A stretch of DNA of 64,000 bases from Isurus oxyrinchus (GCA_026770705.1 JANJGN010000001.1:39804001-39868000); one strand, 5' to 3'; numbered from the stretch's first letter, positions 36,957 to 51,467 are shown. A program made the numbers and translations. The notes: generated by a model not told the origin, from the letters alone.

Positions 36957-38509
36957 AGGCTCCTTTTGTTCTTATTCCTCTGCACTTTCATTCCTTTATA
37001 TACTTCACTGCACTGCACACCCGCTCCCACCGGATCAATGTCTTCAGCGCTTTGCTCATGCAACTTTTCAGCATCTGCTTCATAACAGCCTTCCTTTTTC
37101 TTCCAGCTCACTTCAGCACTCCCGCTTCACACACTTGTCTTTAAACACAACGCTCCTCCTTTCATTTTGTCTTAAAGCCACTCTCTCATCATCAACTTTC
37201 TCGACATTTCTACCTTCATCACCTTCTGCAAAATTAAAAGAACCTTCTCACAACTTGAGACCTGTTCACTTTTCACTCTGTTCAACCCAACTCACTTCTA
37301 ACCACGAATTGGTTCTCAGGCCCGATTACTCTGCACAGAATGCAATATCTGGCTGCGCACACAAACAACAACAACAACAACAACAAAGTGCTTTGAAATG
37401 GCGCCTTTCATGTCGGAGAACAATCCGAAGCTCTTCACAGTGCTGTTTTCCAACAGAATTGGCAGGAGGCGGAGTGTCACTTTGCTTCTTTTCAGAGTCC
37501 GTTCAGAGTTTCACACCTCATTTACCTGAGGTGATGTTGGTAGGAAAGTGTAAGAGTCTTTGTAAATGTGTACGGTTTCCCCTTCATCAGCCACAGCTGC
37601 TGCAGTTTGAAGAGTCCCAGTTTCTCAAATCTTTCCAAAGAGCCAAAGTTCGTCATCCTGAGCTGAAGCTGGTTGACCTCTTCTTTCCCTCAGTCGGGAG
37701 CCTTGACGTCCTTCCCGAAGCTTGGTGAGCAGAACGACATTCAGGGTACGAGGGCGCAGGACGTGATAGCACGGTGCTAATGCTGTTGGGATCATGATGC
37801 AGAGGCCTGGATAACTCAAATGCTGATGTGAGTTAAGATCCCAGCAAGGCTGCTAGTGGTTTAAAACAATCGTGTAAATGAACATGGGTTCCAAATGACA
37901 CTTGTTTGGTGGAGGATTGGGCTGAGACTTCCCTTTGTTTGAAGGCCAATTGTGCCCTTGACAGATTACTCAGGACACAATTAGGGGAAAAAATCTGGCA
38001 GGCAGGAAATCAGGAATGGCGCAAGGAGTATTCCTTTGGTCGGAAGGAGCTGGATTCCATCAAAAAGCTTGAAGTTACAACTTGGCCCGATGCTAGCACA
38101 GTCAGGAGGTTGTAAAGAAATGTAGTGGCTTGAAGAAGCTGACATATTGCATGAAGTGCTAATGCAGTGGTGTGAAGTGAGAGTAAAAATACAGGCCGCA
38201 AATGATTTGAACAAGTTGTTAGCGTTTTTACATTGATGAGGTGAAGGCAGAGCTGCACTGGGGGGGGAATCAGATTGCATGAGAGGGGACTTGAGGCACA
38301 GGGCAGGTGGCTTAGAAGAATGTTGAAAGCTTGAAATGTGGTTGTGAATGAAATGGGGGTATAGAGCGGCTTGAGAGATGTTTGTGGTGTTGTGGCTCAG
38401 GTATCAGTGAGAAAATTGGATGCAATTTCGGAATTGAAAAGACATTTGGAGGAACTGGGATTGGACACAAGTAACAGCATTTGAAAAAAGGCGAATGTGC
38501 TAAGCGATT

Positions 38510-38580
38510 GCATTGGTGGTTCAGTGGTAGAATTCTCGCCTGCCATTTAGGAGGCCTGGGTTAGATTCCTGGCCAATGCA
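38510..38580 (+). pseudogene. Degenerate tRNA-Gly(GCC), slot A
   Basis: Same as 1473-1543. Confidence 0.85.
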
Positions 38581-38740
38581 ACGTTGGAGTTCCGTTGCTC
38601 TTTGAGTTCTTGCTGCACTCTTGCTTGCAATGTCACTGTGTCCTGTGCAGCCACTCAATGTCATTGACAGCTTGATTGGGGCTCCAAATTGAAGCGTTTC
38701 AAGAAATGAGCTGCATCAAATTGCAGCTTTCCAGTCTGTG

Positions 38741-38811
38741 GCATTGGTGGTTCAGTGGTAGAATTCTCGCCTGCCACGCGGGAGGCCCGGGTTCGATTCC
38801 CGGCCAATGCA
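38741..38811 (+). tRNA. tRNA-Gly-GCC: tRNA-Gly(GCC), canonical
   Basis: Same as 1704-1774. Confidence 0.97.
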
Positions 38812-40361
38812 AGGCTCCTTTTGTTCTTATTCCTCTGCACTTTCATTCCTTTATATACTTCACTGCACTGCACACCCGCTCCCACCGGATCAATGTCTTC
38901 AGCGCTTTGCTCATGCAACTTTTCAGCATCTGCTTCATAACAGCCTTCCTTTTTCTTCCAGCTCACTTCAGCACTCCCGCTTCACACACTTGTCTTTAAA
39001 CACAACGCTCCTCCTTTCATTTTCTCTTAAAGCCACTCTCTCATCATCAACTTTCTCGACATTTCTACCTTCATCACCTTCTGCAAAATTAAAAGAACCT
39101 TCTCACAACTTGAGACCTGTTCACTTTTCACTCTGTTCAACCCAACTCACTTCTAACCACGAATTGGTTCTCAGGCCCGATTACTCTGCACAGAATGCAA
39201 TATCTGGCTGCGCACACAAACAACAACAACAACAACAAAGTGCTTTGAAATGGCGCCTTTCATGTCGGAGAACAATCCGAAGCTCTTCACAGTGCTGTTT
39301 TCCAACAGAATTGGCAGGAGGCGGAGTGTCACTTTGCTTCTTTTCAGAGTCCGTTCAGAGTTTCACACCTCATTTACCTGAGGTGATGTTGGTAGGAAAG
39401 TGTAAGAGTCTTTGTAAATGTGTACGGTTTCCCCTTCATCAGCCACAGCTGCTGCAGTTTGAAGAGTCCCAGTTTCTCAAATCTTTCCAAAGAGCCAAAG
39501 TTCGTCATCCTGAGCTGAAGCTGGTTGACCTCTTCTTTCCCTCAGTCGGGAGCCTTGACGTCCTTCCCGAAGCTTGGTGAGCAGAACGACATTCAGGGTA
39601 CGAGGGCGCAGGACGTGATAGCACGGTGCTAATGCTGTTGGGATCATGATGCAGAGGCCTGGATAACTCAAATGCTGATGTGAGTTAAGATCCCAGCAAG
39701 GCTGCTAGTGGTTTAAAACAATCGTGTAAATGAACATGGGTTCCAAATGACACTTGTTTGGTGGAGGATTGGGCTGAGACTTCCCTTTGTTTGAAGGCCA
39801 ATTGTGCCCTTGACAGATTACTCAGGACACAATTAGGGGAAAAAATCTAGCAGGCAGGAAATCAGGAATGGCGCAAGGAGTATTCCTTTGGTCGGAAGGA
39901 GCTGGATTCCATCAAAAAGCTTGAAGTTACAACTTGGCCCGATGCTAGCACAGTCAGGAGGTTGTAAAGAAATGTAGTGGCTTGAAGAAGCTGACATATT
40001 GCATGAAGTGCTAATGCAGTGGTGTGAAGTGAGAGTAAAAATACAGGCCGCAAATGATTTGAACAAGTTGTTAGCGTTTTTACATTGATGAGGTGAAGGC
40101 AGAGCTGCACTGGGGGGGGAATCAGATTGCATGAGAGGGGACTTGAGGCACAGGGCAGGTGGCTTAGAAGAATGTTGAAAGCTTGAAATGTGGTTGTGAA
40201 TGAAATGGGGGTATAGAGCGGCTTGAGAGATGTTTGTGGTGTTGTGGCTCAGGTATCAGTGAGAAAATTGGATGCAATTTCGGAATTGAAAAGACATTTG
40301 GAGGAACTGGGATTGGACACAAGTAACAGCATTTGAAAAAAGGCGAATGTGCTAAGCGATT

Positions 40362-40432
40362 GCATTGGTGGTTCAGTGGTAGAATTCTCGCCTGCCATTT
40401 AGGAGGCCTGGGTTAGATTCCTGGCCAATGCA
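40362..40432 (+). pseudogene. Degenerate tRNA-Gly(GCC), slot A
   Basis: Same as 1473-1543. Confidence 0.85.
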
Positions 40433-40592
40433 ACGTTGGAGTTCCGTTGCTCTTTGAGTTCTTGCTGCACTCTTGCTTGCAATGTCACTGTGTCCTGTGC
40501 AGCCACTCAATGTCATTGACAGCTTGATTGGGGCTCCAAATTGAAGCGTTTCAAGAAATGAGCTGCATCAAATTGCAGCTTTCCAGTCTGTG

Positions 40593-40663
40593 GCATTGGT
40601 GGTTCAGTGGTAGAATTCTCGCCTGCCACGCGGGAGGCCTGGGTTCGATTCCCGGCCAATGCA
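40593..40663 (+). tRNA. tRNA-Gly-GCC: tRNA-Gly(GCC) variant C48T
   Basis: ggaggccTgggttcg. Confidence 0.9.
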
Positions 40664-42212
40664 AGGCTCCTTTTGTTCTTATTCCTCTGCACTTTCATTC
40701 CTTTATATACTTCACTGCACTGCACACCCGCTCCCACCGGATCAATGTCTTCAGCGCTTTGCTCATGCAACTTTTCAGCATCTGCTTCATAACAGCCTTC
40801 CTTTTTCTTCCAGCTCACTTCAGCACTCCCGCTTCACACACTTGTCTTTAAACACAACGCTCCTCCTTTCATTTTGTCTTAAAGCCACTCTCTCATCATC
40901 AACTTTCTCGACATTTCTACCTTCATCACCTTCTGCAAAATTAAAAGAACCTTCTCACAACTTGAGACCTGTTCACTTTTCACTCTGTTCAACCCAACTC
41001 ACTTCTAACCACGAATTGGTTCTCAGGCCCGATTACTCTGCACAGAATGCAATATCTGGCTGCGCACACAAACAACAACAACAACAACAAAGTGCTTTGA
41101 AATGGCGCCTTTCATGTCGGAGAACAATCCGAAGCTCTTCACAGTGCTGTTTTCCAACAGAATTGGCAGGAGGCGGAGTGTCACTTTGCTTCTTTTCAGA
41201 GTCCGTTCAGAGTTTCACACCTCATTTACCTGAGGTGATGTTGGTAGGAAAGTGTAAGAGTCTTTGTAAATGTGTACGGTTTGCCCTTAATCAGCCACAG
41301 CTGCTGCAGTTTGAAGAGTCCCAGTTTCTCAAATCTTTCCAAAGAGCCAAAGTTCGTCATCCTGAGCTGAAGCTGGTTGACCTCTTCTTTCCCTCAGTCG
41401 GGAGCCTTGACGTCCTTCCCGAAGCTTGGTGAGCAGAACGACATTCAGGGTACGAGGGCGCAGGACGTGATAGCACGGTGCTAATGCTGTTGGGATCATG
41501 ATGCAGAGGCCTGGATAACTCAAATGCTGATGTGAGTTAAGATCCCAGCAAGGCTGCTAGTGGTTTAAAACAATCGTGTAAATGAACATGGGTTCCAAAT
41601 GACACTTGTTTGGTGGAGGATTGGGCTGAGACTTCCCTTTGTTTGAAGGCCAATTGTGACCTTGACAGATTACTCAGGACACAATTAGGGGAAAAAATCT
41701 GGCAGGCAGGAAATCAGGAATGGCGCAAGGAGTATTCCTTTGGTCGGAAGGAGCTGGATTCCATCAAAAAGCTTGAAGTTACAACTTGGCCCGATGCTAG
41801 CACAGTCAGGAGGTTGTAAAGAAATGTAGTGGCTTGAAGAAGCTGACATATTGCATGAAGTGCTAATGCAGTGGTGTGAAGTGAGAGTAAAAATACAGGC
41901 CGCAATGATTTGAACAAGTTGTTAGCGTTTTTACATTGATGAGGTGAAGGCAGAGCTGCACTGGGGGGGGAATCAGATTGCATGAGAGGGGACTTGAGGC
42001 ACAGGGCAGGTGGCTTAGAAGAATGTTGAAAGCTTGAAATGTGGTTGTGAATGAAATGGGGGTATAGAGCGGCTTGAGAGATGTTTGTGGTGTTGTGGCT
42101 CAGGTATCAGTGAGAAAATTGGATGCAATTTCGGAATTGAAAAGACATTTGGAGGAACTGGGATTGGACACAAGTAACAGCATTTGAAAAAAGGCGAATG
42201 TGCTAAGCGATT

Positions 42213-42283
42213 GCATTGGTGGTTCAGTGGTAGAATTCTCGCCTGCCATTTAGGAGGCCTGGGTTAGATTCCTGGCCAATGCA
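42213..42283 (+). pseudogene. Degenerate tRNA-Gly(GCC), slot A
   Basis: Same as 1473-1543. Confidence 0.85.
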
Positions 42284-42443
42284 ACGTTGGAGTTCCGTTG
42301 CTCTTTGAGTTCTTGCTGCACTCTTGCTTGCAATGTCACTGTGTCCTGTGCAGCCACTCAATGTCATTGACAGCTTGATTGGGACTCCAAATTGAAGCGT
42401 TTCAAGAAATGAGCTGCATCAAATTGCAGCTTTCCAGTCTGTG

Positions 42444-42514
42444 GCATTGGTGGTTCAGTGGTAGAATTCTCGCCTGCCACGCGGGAGGCCGGGGTTCGAT
42501 TCCCGGCCAATGCA
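42444..42514 (+). tRNA. tRNA-Gly-GCC: tRNA-Gly(GCC) variant C48G (G-G mismatch in T stem)
   Basis: ggaggccGgggttcg. Confidence 0.85.
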
Positions 42515-44063
42515 AGGCTCCTTTTGTTCTTATTCCTCTGCACTTTCATTCCTTTATATACTTCACTGCACTGCACACCCGCTCCCACCGGATCAATGTC
42601 TTCAGCGCTTTGCTCATGCAACTTTTCAGCATCTGCTTCATAACAGCCTTCCTTTTTCTTCCAGCTCACTTCAGCACTCCCGCTTCACACACTTGTCTTT
42701 AAACACAACGCTCCTCCTTTCATTTTGTCTTAAAGCCACTCTCTCATCATCAACTTTCTCGACATTTCTACCTTCATCACCTTCTGCAAAATTAAAAGAA
42801 CCTTCTCACAACTTGAGACCTGTTCACTTTTCACTCTGTTCAACCCAACTCACTTCTAACCACGAATTGGTTCTCAGGCCCGATTACTCTGCACAGAATG
42901 CAATATCTGGCTGCGCACACAAACAACAACAACAACAACAAAGTGCTTTGAAATGGCGCCTTTCATGTCGGAGAACAATCCGAAGCTCTTCACAGTGCTG
43001 TTTTCCAACAGAATTGGCAGGAGGCGGAGTGTCACTTTGCTTCTTTTCAGAGTCCGTTCAGAGTTTCACACCTCATTTACCTGAGGTGATGTTGGTAGGA
43101 AAGTGTAAGAGTCTTTGTAAATGTGTACGGTTTCCCCTTCATCAGCCACAGCTGCTGCAGTTTGAAGAGTCCCAGTTTCTCAAATCTTTCCAAAGAGCCA
43201 AAGTTCGTCATCCTGAGCTGAAGCTGGTTGACCTCTTCTTTCCCTCAGTCGGGAGCCTTGACGTCCTTCCCGAAGCTTGGTGAGCAGAACGACATTCAGG
43301 GTACGAGGGCGCAGGACGTGATAGCACGGTGCTAATGCTGTTGGGATCATGATGCAGAGGCCTGGATAACTCAAATGCTGATGTGAGTTAAGATCCCAGC
43401 AAGGCTGCTAGTGGTTTAAAACAATCGTGTAAATGAACATGGGTTCCAAATGACACTTGTTTGGTGGAGGATTGGGCTGAGACTTCCCTTTGTTTGAAGG
43501 CCAATTGTGACCTTGACAGATTACTCAGGACACAATTAGGGGAAAAAATCTGGCAGGCAGGAAATCAGGAATGGCGCAAGGAGTATTCCTTTGGTCGGAA
43601 GGAGCTGGATTCCATCAAAAAGCTTCAAGTTACAACTTGGCCCGATGCTAGCACAGTCAGGAGGTTGTAAAGAAATGTAGTGGCTTGAAGAAGCTGACAT
43701 ATTGCATGAAGTGCTAATGCAGTGGTGTGAAGTGAGAGTAAAAATACAGGCCGCAATGATTTGAACAAGTTGTTAGCGTTTTTACATTGATGAGGTGAAG
43801 GCAGAGCTGCACTGGGGGGGGAATCAGATTGCATGAGAGGGGACTTGAGGCACAGGGCAGGTGGCTTAGAAGAATGTTGAAAGCTTGAAATGTGGTTGTG
43901 AATGAAATGGGGGTATAGAGCGGCTTGAGAGATGTTTGTGGTGTTGTGGCTCAGGTATCAGTGAGAAAATTGGATGCAATTTCGGAATTGAAAAGACATT
44001 TGGAGGAACTGGGATTGGACACAAGTAACAGCATTTGAAAAAAGGCGAATGTGCTAAGCGATT

Positions 44064-44134
44064 GCATTGGTGGTTCAGTGGTAGAATTCTCGCCTGCCAT
44101 TTAGGAGGCCTGGGTTAGATTCCTGGCCAATGCA
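44064..44134 (+). pseudogene. Degenerate tRNA-Gly(GCC), slot A
   Basis: Same as 1473-1543. Confidence 0.85.
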
Positions 44135-44294
44135 ACGTTGGAGTTCCGTTGCTCTTTGAGTTCTTGCTGCACTCTTGCTTGCAATGTCACTGTGTCCTGT
44201 GCAGCCACTCAATGTCATTGACAGCTTGATTGGGACTCCAAATTGAAGCGTTTCAAGAAATGAGCTGCATCAAATTGCAGCTTTCAGGTCTGTG

Positions 44295-44365
44295 GCATTG
44301 GTGGTTCAGTGGTAGAATTCTCGCCTGCCACGCGGGAGGCCCAGGTTCGATTCCCGGCCAATGCA
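44295..44365 (+). tRNA. tRNA-Gly-GCC: tRNA-Gly(GCC) variant G49A (A-C mismatch in T stem)
   Basis: ggaggcccAggttcg. Confidence 0.85.
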
Positions 44366-45914
44366 AGGCTCCTTTTGTTCTTATTCCTCTGCACTTTCAT
44401 TCCTTTATATACTTCACTGCACTGCACACCCGCTCCCACCGGATCAATGTCTTCAGCGCTTTGCTCATGCAACTTTTCAGCATCTGCTTCATAACAGCCT
44501 TCCTTTTTCTTCCAGCTCACTTCAGCACTCCCGCTTCACACACTTGTCTTTAAACACAACGCTCCTCCTTTCATTTTGTCTTAAAGCCACTCTCTCATCA
44601 TCAACTTTCTCGACATTTCTACCTTCATCACCTTCTGCAAAATTAAAAGAACCTTCTCACAACTTGAGACCTGTTCACTTTTCACTCTGTTCAACCCAAC
44701 TCACTTCTAACCACGAATTGGTTCTCAGGCCCGATTACTCTGCACAGAATGCAATATCTGGCTGCGCACACAAACAACAACAACAACAACAAAGTGCTTT
44801 GAAATGGCGCCTTTCATGTCGGAGAACAATCCGAAGCTCTTCACAGTGCTGTTTTCCAACAGAATTGGCAGGAGGCGGAGTGTCACTTTGCTTCTTTTCA
44901 GAGTCCGTTCAGAGTTTCACACCTCATTTACCTGAGGTGATGTTGGTAAGAAACTGTAAGAGTCTTTGTAAATGTGTACGGTTTCCCCTTCATCAGCCAC
45001 AGCTGCTGCAGTTTGAAGAGTCCCAGTTTCTCAAATCTTTCCAAAGAGCCAAAGTTCGTCATCCTGAGCTGAAGCTGGTTGACCTCTTCTTTCCCTCAGT
45101 CGGGAGCCTTGACGTCCTTCCCGAAGCTTGGTGAGCAGAACGACATTCAGGGTACGAGGGCGCAGGACGTGATAGCACGGTGCTAATGCTGTTGGGATCA
45201 TGATGCAGAGGCCTGGATAACTCAAATGCTGATGTGAGTTAAGATCCCAGCAAGGCTGCTAGTGGTTTAAAACAATCGTGTAAATGAACATGGGTTCCAA
45301 ATGACACTTGTTTGGTGGAGGATTGGGCTGAGACTTCCCTTTGTTTGAAGGCCAATTGTGACCTTGACGGATTACTCAGGACACAATTAGGGGAAAAAAT
45401 CTGGCAGGCAGGAAATCAGGAATGGCGCAAGGAGTATTCCTTTGGTCGGAAGGAGCTGGATTCCATCAAAAAGCTTCAAGTTACAACTTGGCCCGATGCT
45501 AGCACAGTCAGGAGGTTGTAAAGAAATGTAGTGGCTTGAAGAAGCTGACATATTGCATGAAGTGCTAATGCAGTGGTGTGAAGTGAGAGTAAAAATACAG
45601 GCCGCAATGATTTGAACAAGTTGTTAGCGTTTTTACATTGATGAGGTGAAGGCAGAGCTGCACTGGGGGGGGAATCAGATTGCATGAGAGGGGACTTGAG
45701 GCACAGGGCAGGTGGCTTAGAAGAATGTTGAAAGCTTGAAATGTGGTTGTGAATGAAATGGGGGTATAGAGCGGCTTGAGAGATGTTTGTGGTGTTGTGG
45801 CTCAGGTATCAGTGAGAAAATTGGATGCAATTTAGGAATTGAAAAGACATTTGGAGGAACTGGGATTGGACACAAGTAACAGCATTTGAAAAAAGGCGAA
45901 TGTGCTAAGCGATT

Positions 45915-45985
45915 GCATTGGTGGTTCAGTGGTAGAATTCTCGCCTGCCATTTAGGAGGCCTGGGTTAGATTCCTGGCCAATGCA
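45915..45985 (+). pseudogene. Degenerate tRNA-Gly(GCC), slot A
   Basis: Same as 1473-1543. Confidence 0.85.
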
Positions 45986-46145
45986 ACGTTGGAGTTCCGT
46001 TGCTCTTTGAGTTCTTGCTGCACTCTTGCTTGCAATGTCACTGTGTCCTGTGCAGCCACTCAATGTCATTGACAGCTTGATTGGGACTCCAAATTGAAGC
46101 GTTTCAAGAAATGAGCTGCATCAAATTGCAGCTTTCAGGTCTGTG

Positions 46146-46216
46146 GCATTGGTGGTTCAGTGGTAGAATTCTCGCCTGCCACGCGGGAGGCCCGGGTTCG
46201 ATTCCCGGCCAATGCA
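46146..46216 (+). tRNA. tRNA-Gly-GCC: tRNA-Gly(GCC), canonical
   Basis: Same as 1704-1774. Confidence 0.97.
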
Positions 46217-47765
46217 AGGCTCCTTTTGTTCTTATTCCTCTGCACTTTCATTCCTTTATATACTTCACTGCACTGCACACCCGCTCCCACCGGATCAATG
46301 TCTTCAGCGCTTTGCTCATGCAACTTTTCAGCATCTGCTTCATAACAGCCTTCCTTTTTCTTCCAGCTCACTTCAGCACTCCCGCTTCACACACTTGTCT
46401 TTAAACACAACGCTCCTCCTTTCATTTTGTCTTAAAGCCACTCTCTCATCATCAACTTTCTCGACATTTCTACCTTCATCACCTTCTGCAAAATTAAAAG
46501 AACCTTCTCACAACTTGAGACCTGTTCACTTTTCACTCTGTTCAACCCAACTCACTTCTAACCACGAATTGGTTCTCAGGCCCGATTACTCTGCACAGAA
46601 TGCAATATCTGGCTGCGCACACAAACAACAACAACAACAACAAAGTGCTTTGAAATGGCGCCTTTCATGTCGGAGAACAATCCGAAGCTCTTCACAGTGC
46701 TGTTTTCCAACAGAATTGGCAGGAGGCGGAGTGTCACTTTGCTTCTTTTCAGAGTCCGTTCAGAGTTTCACACCTCATTTACCTGAGGTGATGTTGGTAA
46801 GAAACTGTAAGAGTCTTTGTAAATGTGTACGGTTTCCCCTTCATCAGCCACAGCTGCTGCAGTTTGAAGAGTCCCAGTTTCTCAAATCTTTCCAAAGAGC
46901 CAAAGTTCGTCATCCTGAGCTGAAGCTGGTTGACCTCTTCTTTCCCTCAGTCGGGAGCCTTGACGTCCTTCCCGAAGCTTGGTGAGCAGAACGACATTCA
47001 GGGTACGAGGGCGCAGGACGTGATAGCACGGTGCTAATGCTGTTGGGATCATGATGCAGAGGCCTGGATAACTCAAATGCTGATGTGAGTTAAGATCCCA
47101 GCAAGGCTGCTAGTGGTTTAAAACAATCGTGTAAATGAACATGGGTTCCAAATGACACTTGTTTGGTGGAGGATTGGGCTGAGACTTCCCTTTGTTTGAA
47201 GGCCAATTGTGACCTTGACGGATTACTCAGGACACAATTAGGGGAAAAAATCTGGCAGGCAGGAAATCAGGAATGGCGCAAGGAGTATTCCTTTGGTCGG
47301 AAGGAGCTGGATTCCATCAAAAAGCTTCAAGTTACAACTTGGCCCGATGCTAGCACAGTCAGGAGGTTGTAAAGAAATGTAGTGGCTTGAAGAAGCTGAC
47401 ATATTGCATGAAGTGCTAATGCAGTGGTGTGAAGTGAGAGTAAAAATACAGGCCGCAATGATTTGAACAAGTTGTTAGCGTTTTTACATTGATGAGGTGA
47501 AGGCAGAGCTGCACTGGGGGGGGAATCAGATTGCATGAGAGGGGACTTGAGGCACAGGGCAGGTGGCTTAGAAGAATGTTGAAAGCTTGAAATGTGGTTG
47601 TGAATGAAATGGGGGTATAGAGCGGCTTGAGAGATGTTTGTGGTGTTGTGGCTCAGGTATCAGTGAGAAAATTGGATGCAATTTAGGAATTGAAAAGACA
47701 TTTGGAGGAACTGGGATTGGACACAAGTAACAGCATTTGAAAAAAGGCGAATGTGCTAAGCGATT

Positions 47766-47836
47766 GCATTGGTGGTTCAGTGGTAGAATTCTCGCCTGCC
47801 ATTTAGGAGGCCTGGGTTAGATTCCTGGCCAATGCA
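47766..47836 (+). pseudogene. Degenerate tRNA-Gly(GCC), slot A
   Basis: Same as 1473-1543. Confidence 0.85.
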
Positions 47837-47996
47837 ACGTTGGAGTTCCGTTGCTCTTTGAGTTCTTGCTGCACTCTTGCTTGCAATGTCACTGTGTCCT
47901 GTGCAGCCACTCAATGTCATTGACAGCTTGATTGGGACTCCAAATTGAAGCGTTTCAAGAAATGAGCTGCATCAAATTGCAGCTTTCAGGTCTGTG

Positions 47997-48067
47997 GCAT
48001 TGGTGGTTCAGTGGTAGAATTCTCGCCTGCCACGCGGGAGGCCCGGGTTCGATTCCCGGCCAATGCA
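47997..48067 (+). tRNA. tRNA-Gly-GCC: tRNA-Gly(GCC), canonical
   Basis: Same as 1704-1774. Confidence 0.97.
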
Positions 48068-49616
48068 AGGCTCCTTTTGTTCTTATTCCTCTGCACTTTC
48101 ATTCCTTTATATACTTCACTGCACTGCACACCCGCTCCCACCGGATCAATGTCTTCAGCGCTTTGCTCATGCAACTTTTCAGCATCTGCTTCATAACAGC
48201 CTTCCTTTTTCTTCCAGCTCACTTCAGCACTCCCGCTTCACACACTTGTCTTTAAACACAACGCTCCTCCTTTCATTTTGTCTTAAAGCCACTCTCTCAT
48301 CATCAACTTTCTCGACATTTCTACCTTCATCACCTTCTGCAAAATTAAAAGAACCTTCTCACAACTTGAGACCTGTTCACTTTTCACTCTGTTCAACCCA
48401 ACTCACTTCTAACCACGAATTGGTTCTCAGGCCCGATTACTCTGCACAGAATGCAATATCTGGCTGCGCACACAAACAACAACAACAACAACAAAGTGCT
48501 TTGAAATGGCGCCTTTCATGTCGGAGAACAATCCGAAGCTCTTCACAGTGCTGTTTTCCAACAGAATTGGCAGGAGGCGGAGTGTCACTTTGCTTCTTTT
48601 CAGAGTCCGTTCAGAGTTTCACACCTCATTTACCTGAGGTGATGTTGGTAAGAAACTGTAAGAGTCTTTGTAAATGTGTACGGTTTCCCCTTCATCAGCC
48701 ACAGCTGCTGCAGTTTGAAGAGTCCCAGTTTCTCAAATCTTTCCAAAGAGCCAAAGTTCGTCATCCTGAGCTGAAGCTGGTTGACCTCTTCTTTCCCTCA
48801 GTCGGGAGCCTTGACGTCCTTCCCGAAGCTTGGTGAGCAGAACGACATTCAGGGTACGAGGGCGCAGGACGTGATAGCACGGTGCTAATGCTGTTGGGAT
48901 CATGATGCAGAGGCCTGGATAACTCAAATGCTGATGTGAGTTAAGATCCCAGCAAGGCTGCTAGTGGTTTAAAACAATCGTGTAAATGAACATGGGTTCC
49001 AAATGACACTTGTTTGGTGGAGGATTGGGCTGAGACTTCCCTTTGTTTGAAGGCCAATTGTGACCTTGACGGATTACTCAGGACACAATTAGGGGAAAAA
49101 ATCTGGCAGGCAGGAAATCAGGAATGGCGCAAGGAGTATTCCTTTGGTCGGAAGGAGCTGGATTCCATCAAAAAGCTTCAAGTTACAACTTGGCCCGATG
49201 CTAGCACAGTCAGGAGGTTGTAAAGAAATGTAGTGGCTTGAAGAAGCTGACATATTGCATGAAGTGCTAATGCAGTGGTGTGAAGTGAGAGTAAAAATAC
49301 AGGCCGCAATGATTTGAACAAGTTGTTAGCGTTTTTACATTGATGAGGTGAAGGCAGAGCTGCACTGGGGGGGGAATCAGATTGCATGAGAGGGGACTTG
49401 AGGCACAGGGCAGGTGGCTTAGAAGAATGTTGAAAGCTTGAAATGTGGTTGTGAATGAAATGGGGGTATAGAGCGGCTTGAGAGATGTTTGTGGTGTTGT
49501 GGCTCAGGTATCAGTGAGAAAATTGGATGCAATTTAGGAATTGAAAAGACATTTGGAGGAACTGGGATTGGACACAAGTAACAGCATTTGAAAAAAGGCG
49601 AATGTGCTAAGCGATT

Positions 49617-49687
49617 GCATTGGTGGTTCAGTGGTAGAATTCTCGCCTGCCATTTAGGAGGCCTGGGTTAGATTCCTGGCCAATGCA
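49617..49687 (+). pseudogene. Degenerate tRNA-Gly(GCC), slot A
   Basis: Same as 1473-1543. Confidence 0.85.
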
Positions 49688-49847
49688 ACGTTGGAGTTCC
49701 GTTGCTCTTTGAGTTCTTGCTGCACTCTTGCTTGCAATGTCACTGTGTCCTGTGCAGCCACTCAATGTCATTGACAGCTTGATTGGGACTCCAAATTGAA
49801 GCGTTTCAAGAAATGAGCTGCATCAAATTGCAGCTTTCCAGTCTGTG

Positions 49848-49918
49848 GCATTGGTGGTTCAGTGGTAGAATTCTCGCCTGCCACGCGGGAGGCCCGGGTT
49901 CGATTCCCGGCCAATGCA
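49848..49918 (+). tRNA. tRNA-Gly-GCC: tRNA-Gly(GCC), canonical
   Basis: Same as 1704-1774. Confidence 0.97.
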
Positions 49919-51467
49919 AGGCTCCTTTTGTTCTTATTCCTCTGCACTTTCATTCCTTTATATACTTCACTGCACTGCACACCCGCTCCCACCGGATCAA
50001 TGTCTTCAGCGCTTTGCTCATGCAACTTTTCAGCATCTGCTTCATAACAGCCTTCCTTTTTCTTCCAGCTCACTTCAGCACTCCCGCTTCACACACTTGT
50101 CTTTAAACACAACGCTCCTCCTTTCATTTTGTCTTAAAGCCACTCTCTCATCATCAACTTTCTCGACATTTCTACCTTCATCACCTTCTGCAAAATTAAA
50201 AGAACCTTCTCACAACTTGAGACCTGTTCACTTTTCACTCTGTTCAACCCAACTCACTTCTAACCACGAATTGGTTCTCAGGCCCGATTACTCTGCACAG
50301 AATGCAATATCTGGCTGCGCACACAAACAACAACAACAACAACAAAGTGCTTTGAAATGGCGCCTTTCATGTCGGAGAACAATCCGAAGCTCTTCACAGT
50401 GCTGTTTTCCAACAGAATTGGCAGGAGGCGGAGTGTCACTTTGCTTCTTTTCAGAGTCCGTTCAGAGTTTCACACCTCATTTACCTGAGGTGATGTTGGT
50501 AGGAAAGTGTAAGAGTCTTTGTAAATGTGTACGGTTTCCCCTGCATCAGCCACAGCTGCTGCAGTTTGAAGAGTCCCAGTTTCTCAAATCTTTCCAAAGA
50601 GCCAAAGTTCGTCATCCTGAGCTGAAGCTGGTTGACCTCTTCTTTCCCTCAGTCGGGAGCCTTGACGTCCTTCCCGAAGCTTGGTGAGCAGAACGACATT
50701 CAGGGTACGAGGGCGCAGGACGTGATAGCACGGTGCTAATGCTGTTGGGATCATGATGCAGAGGCCTGGATAACTCAAATGCTGATGTGAGTTAAGATCC
50801 CAGCAAGGCTGCTAGTGGTTTAAAACAATCGTGTAAATGAACATGGGTTCCAAATGACACTTGTTTGGTGGAGGATTGGGCTGAGACTTCCCTTTGTTTG
50901 AAGGCCAATTGTGACCTTGACAGATTACTCAGGACACAATTAGGGGAAAAAATCTGGCAGGCAGGAAATCAGGAATGGCGCAAGGAGTATTCCTTTGGTC
51001 GGAAGGAGCTGGATTCCATCAAAAAGCTTCAAGTTACAACTTGGCCCGATGCTAGCACAGTCAGGAGGTTGTAAAGAAATGTAGTGGCTTGAAGAAGCTG
51101 ACATATTGCATGAAGTGCTAATGCAGTGGTGTGAAGTGAGAGTAAAAATACAGGCCGCAATGATTTGAACAAGTTGTTAGCGTTTTTACATTGATGAGGT
51201 GAAGGCAGAGCTGCACTGGGGGGGGAATCAGATTGCATGAGAGGGGACTTGAGGCACAGGGCAGGTGGCTTAGAAGAATGTTGAAAGCTTGAAATGTGGT
51301 TGTGAATGAAATGGGGGTATAGAGCGGCTTGAGAGATGTTTGTGGTGTTGTGGCTCAGGTATCAGTGAGAAAATTGGATGCAATTTCGGAATTGAAAAGA
51401 CATTTGGAGGAACTGGGATTGGACACAAGTAACAGCATTTGAAAAAAGGCGAATGTGCTAAGCGATT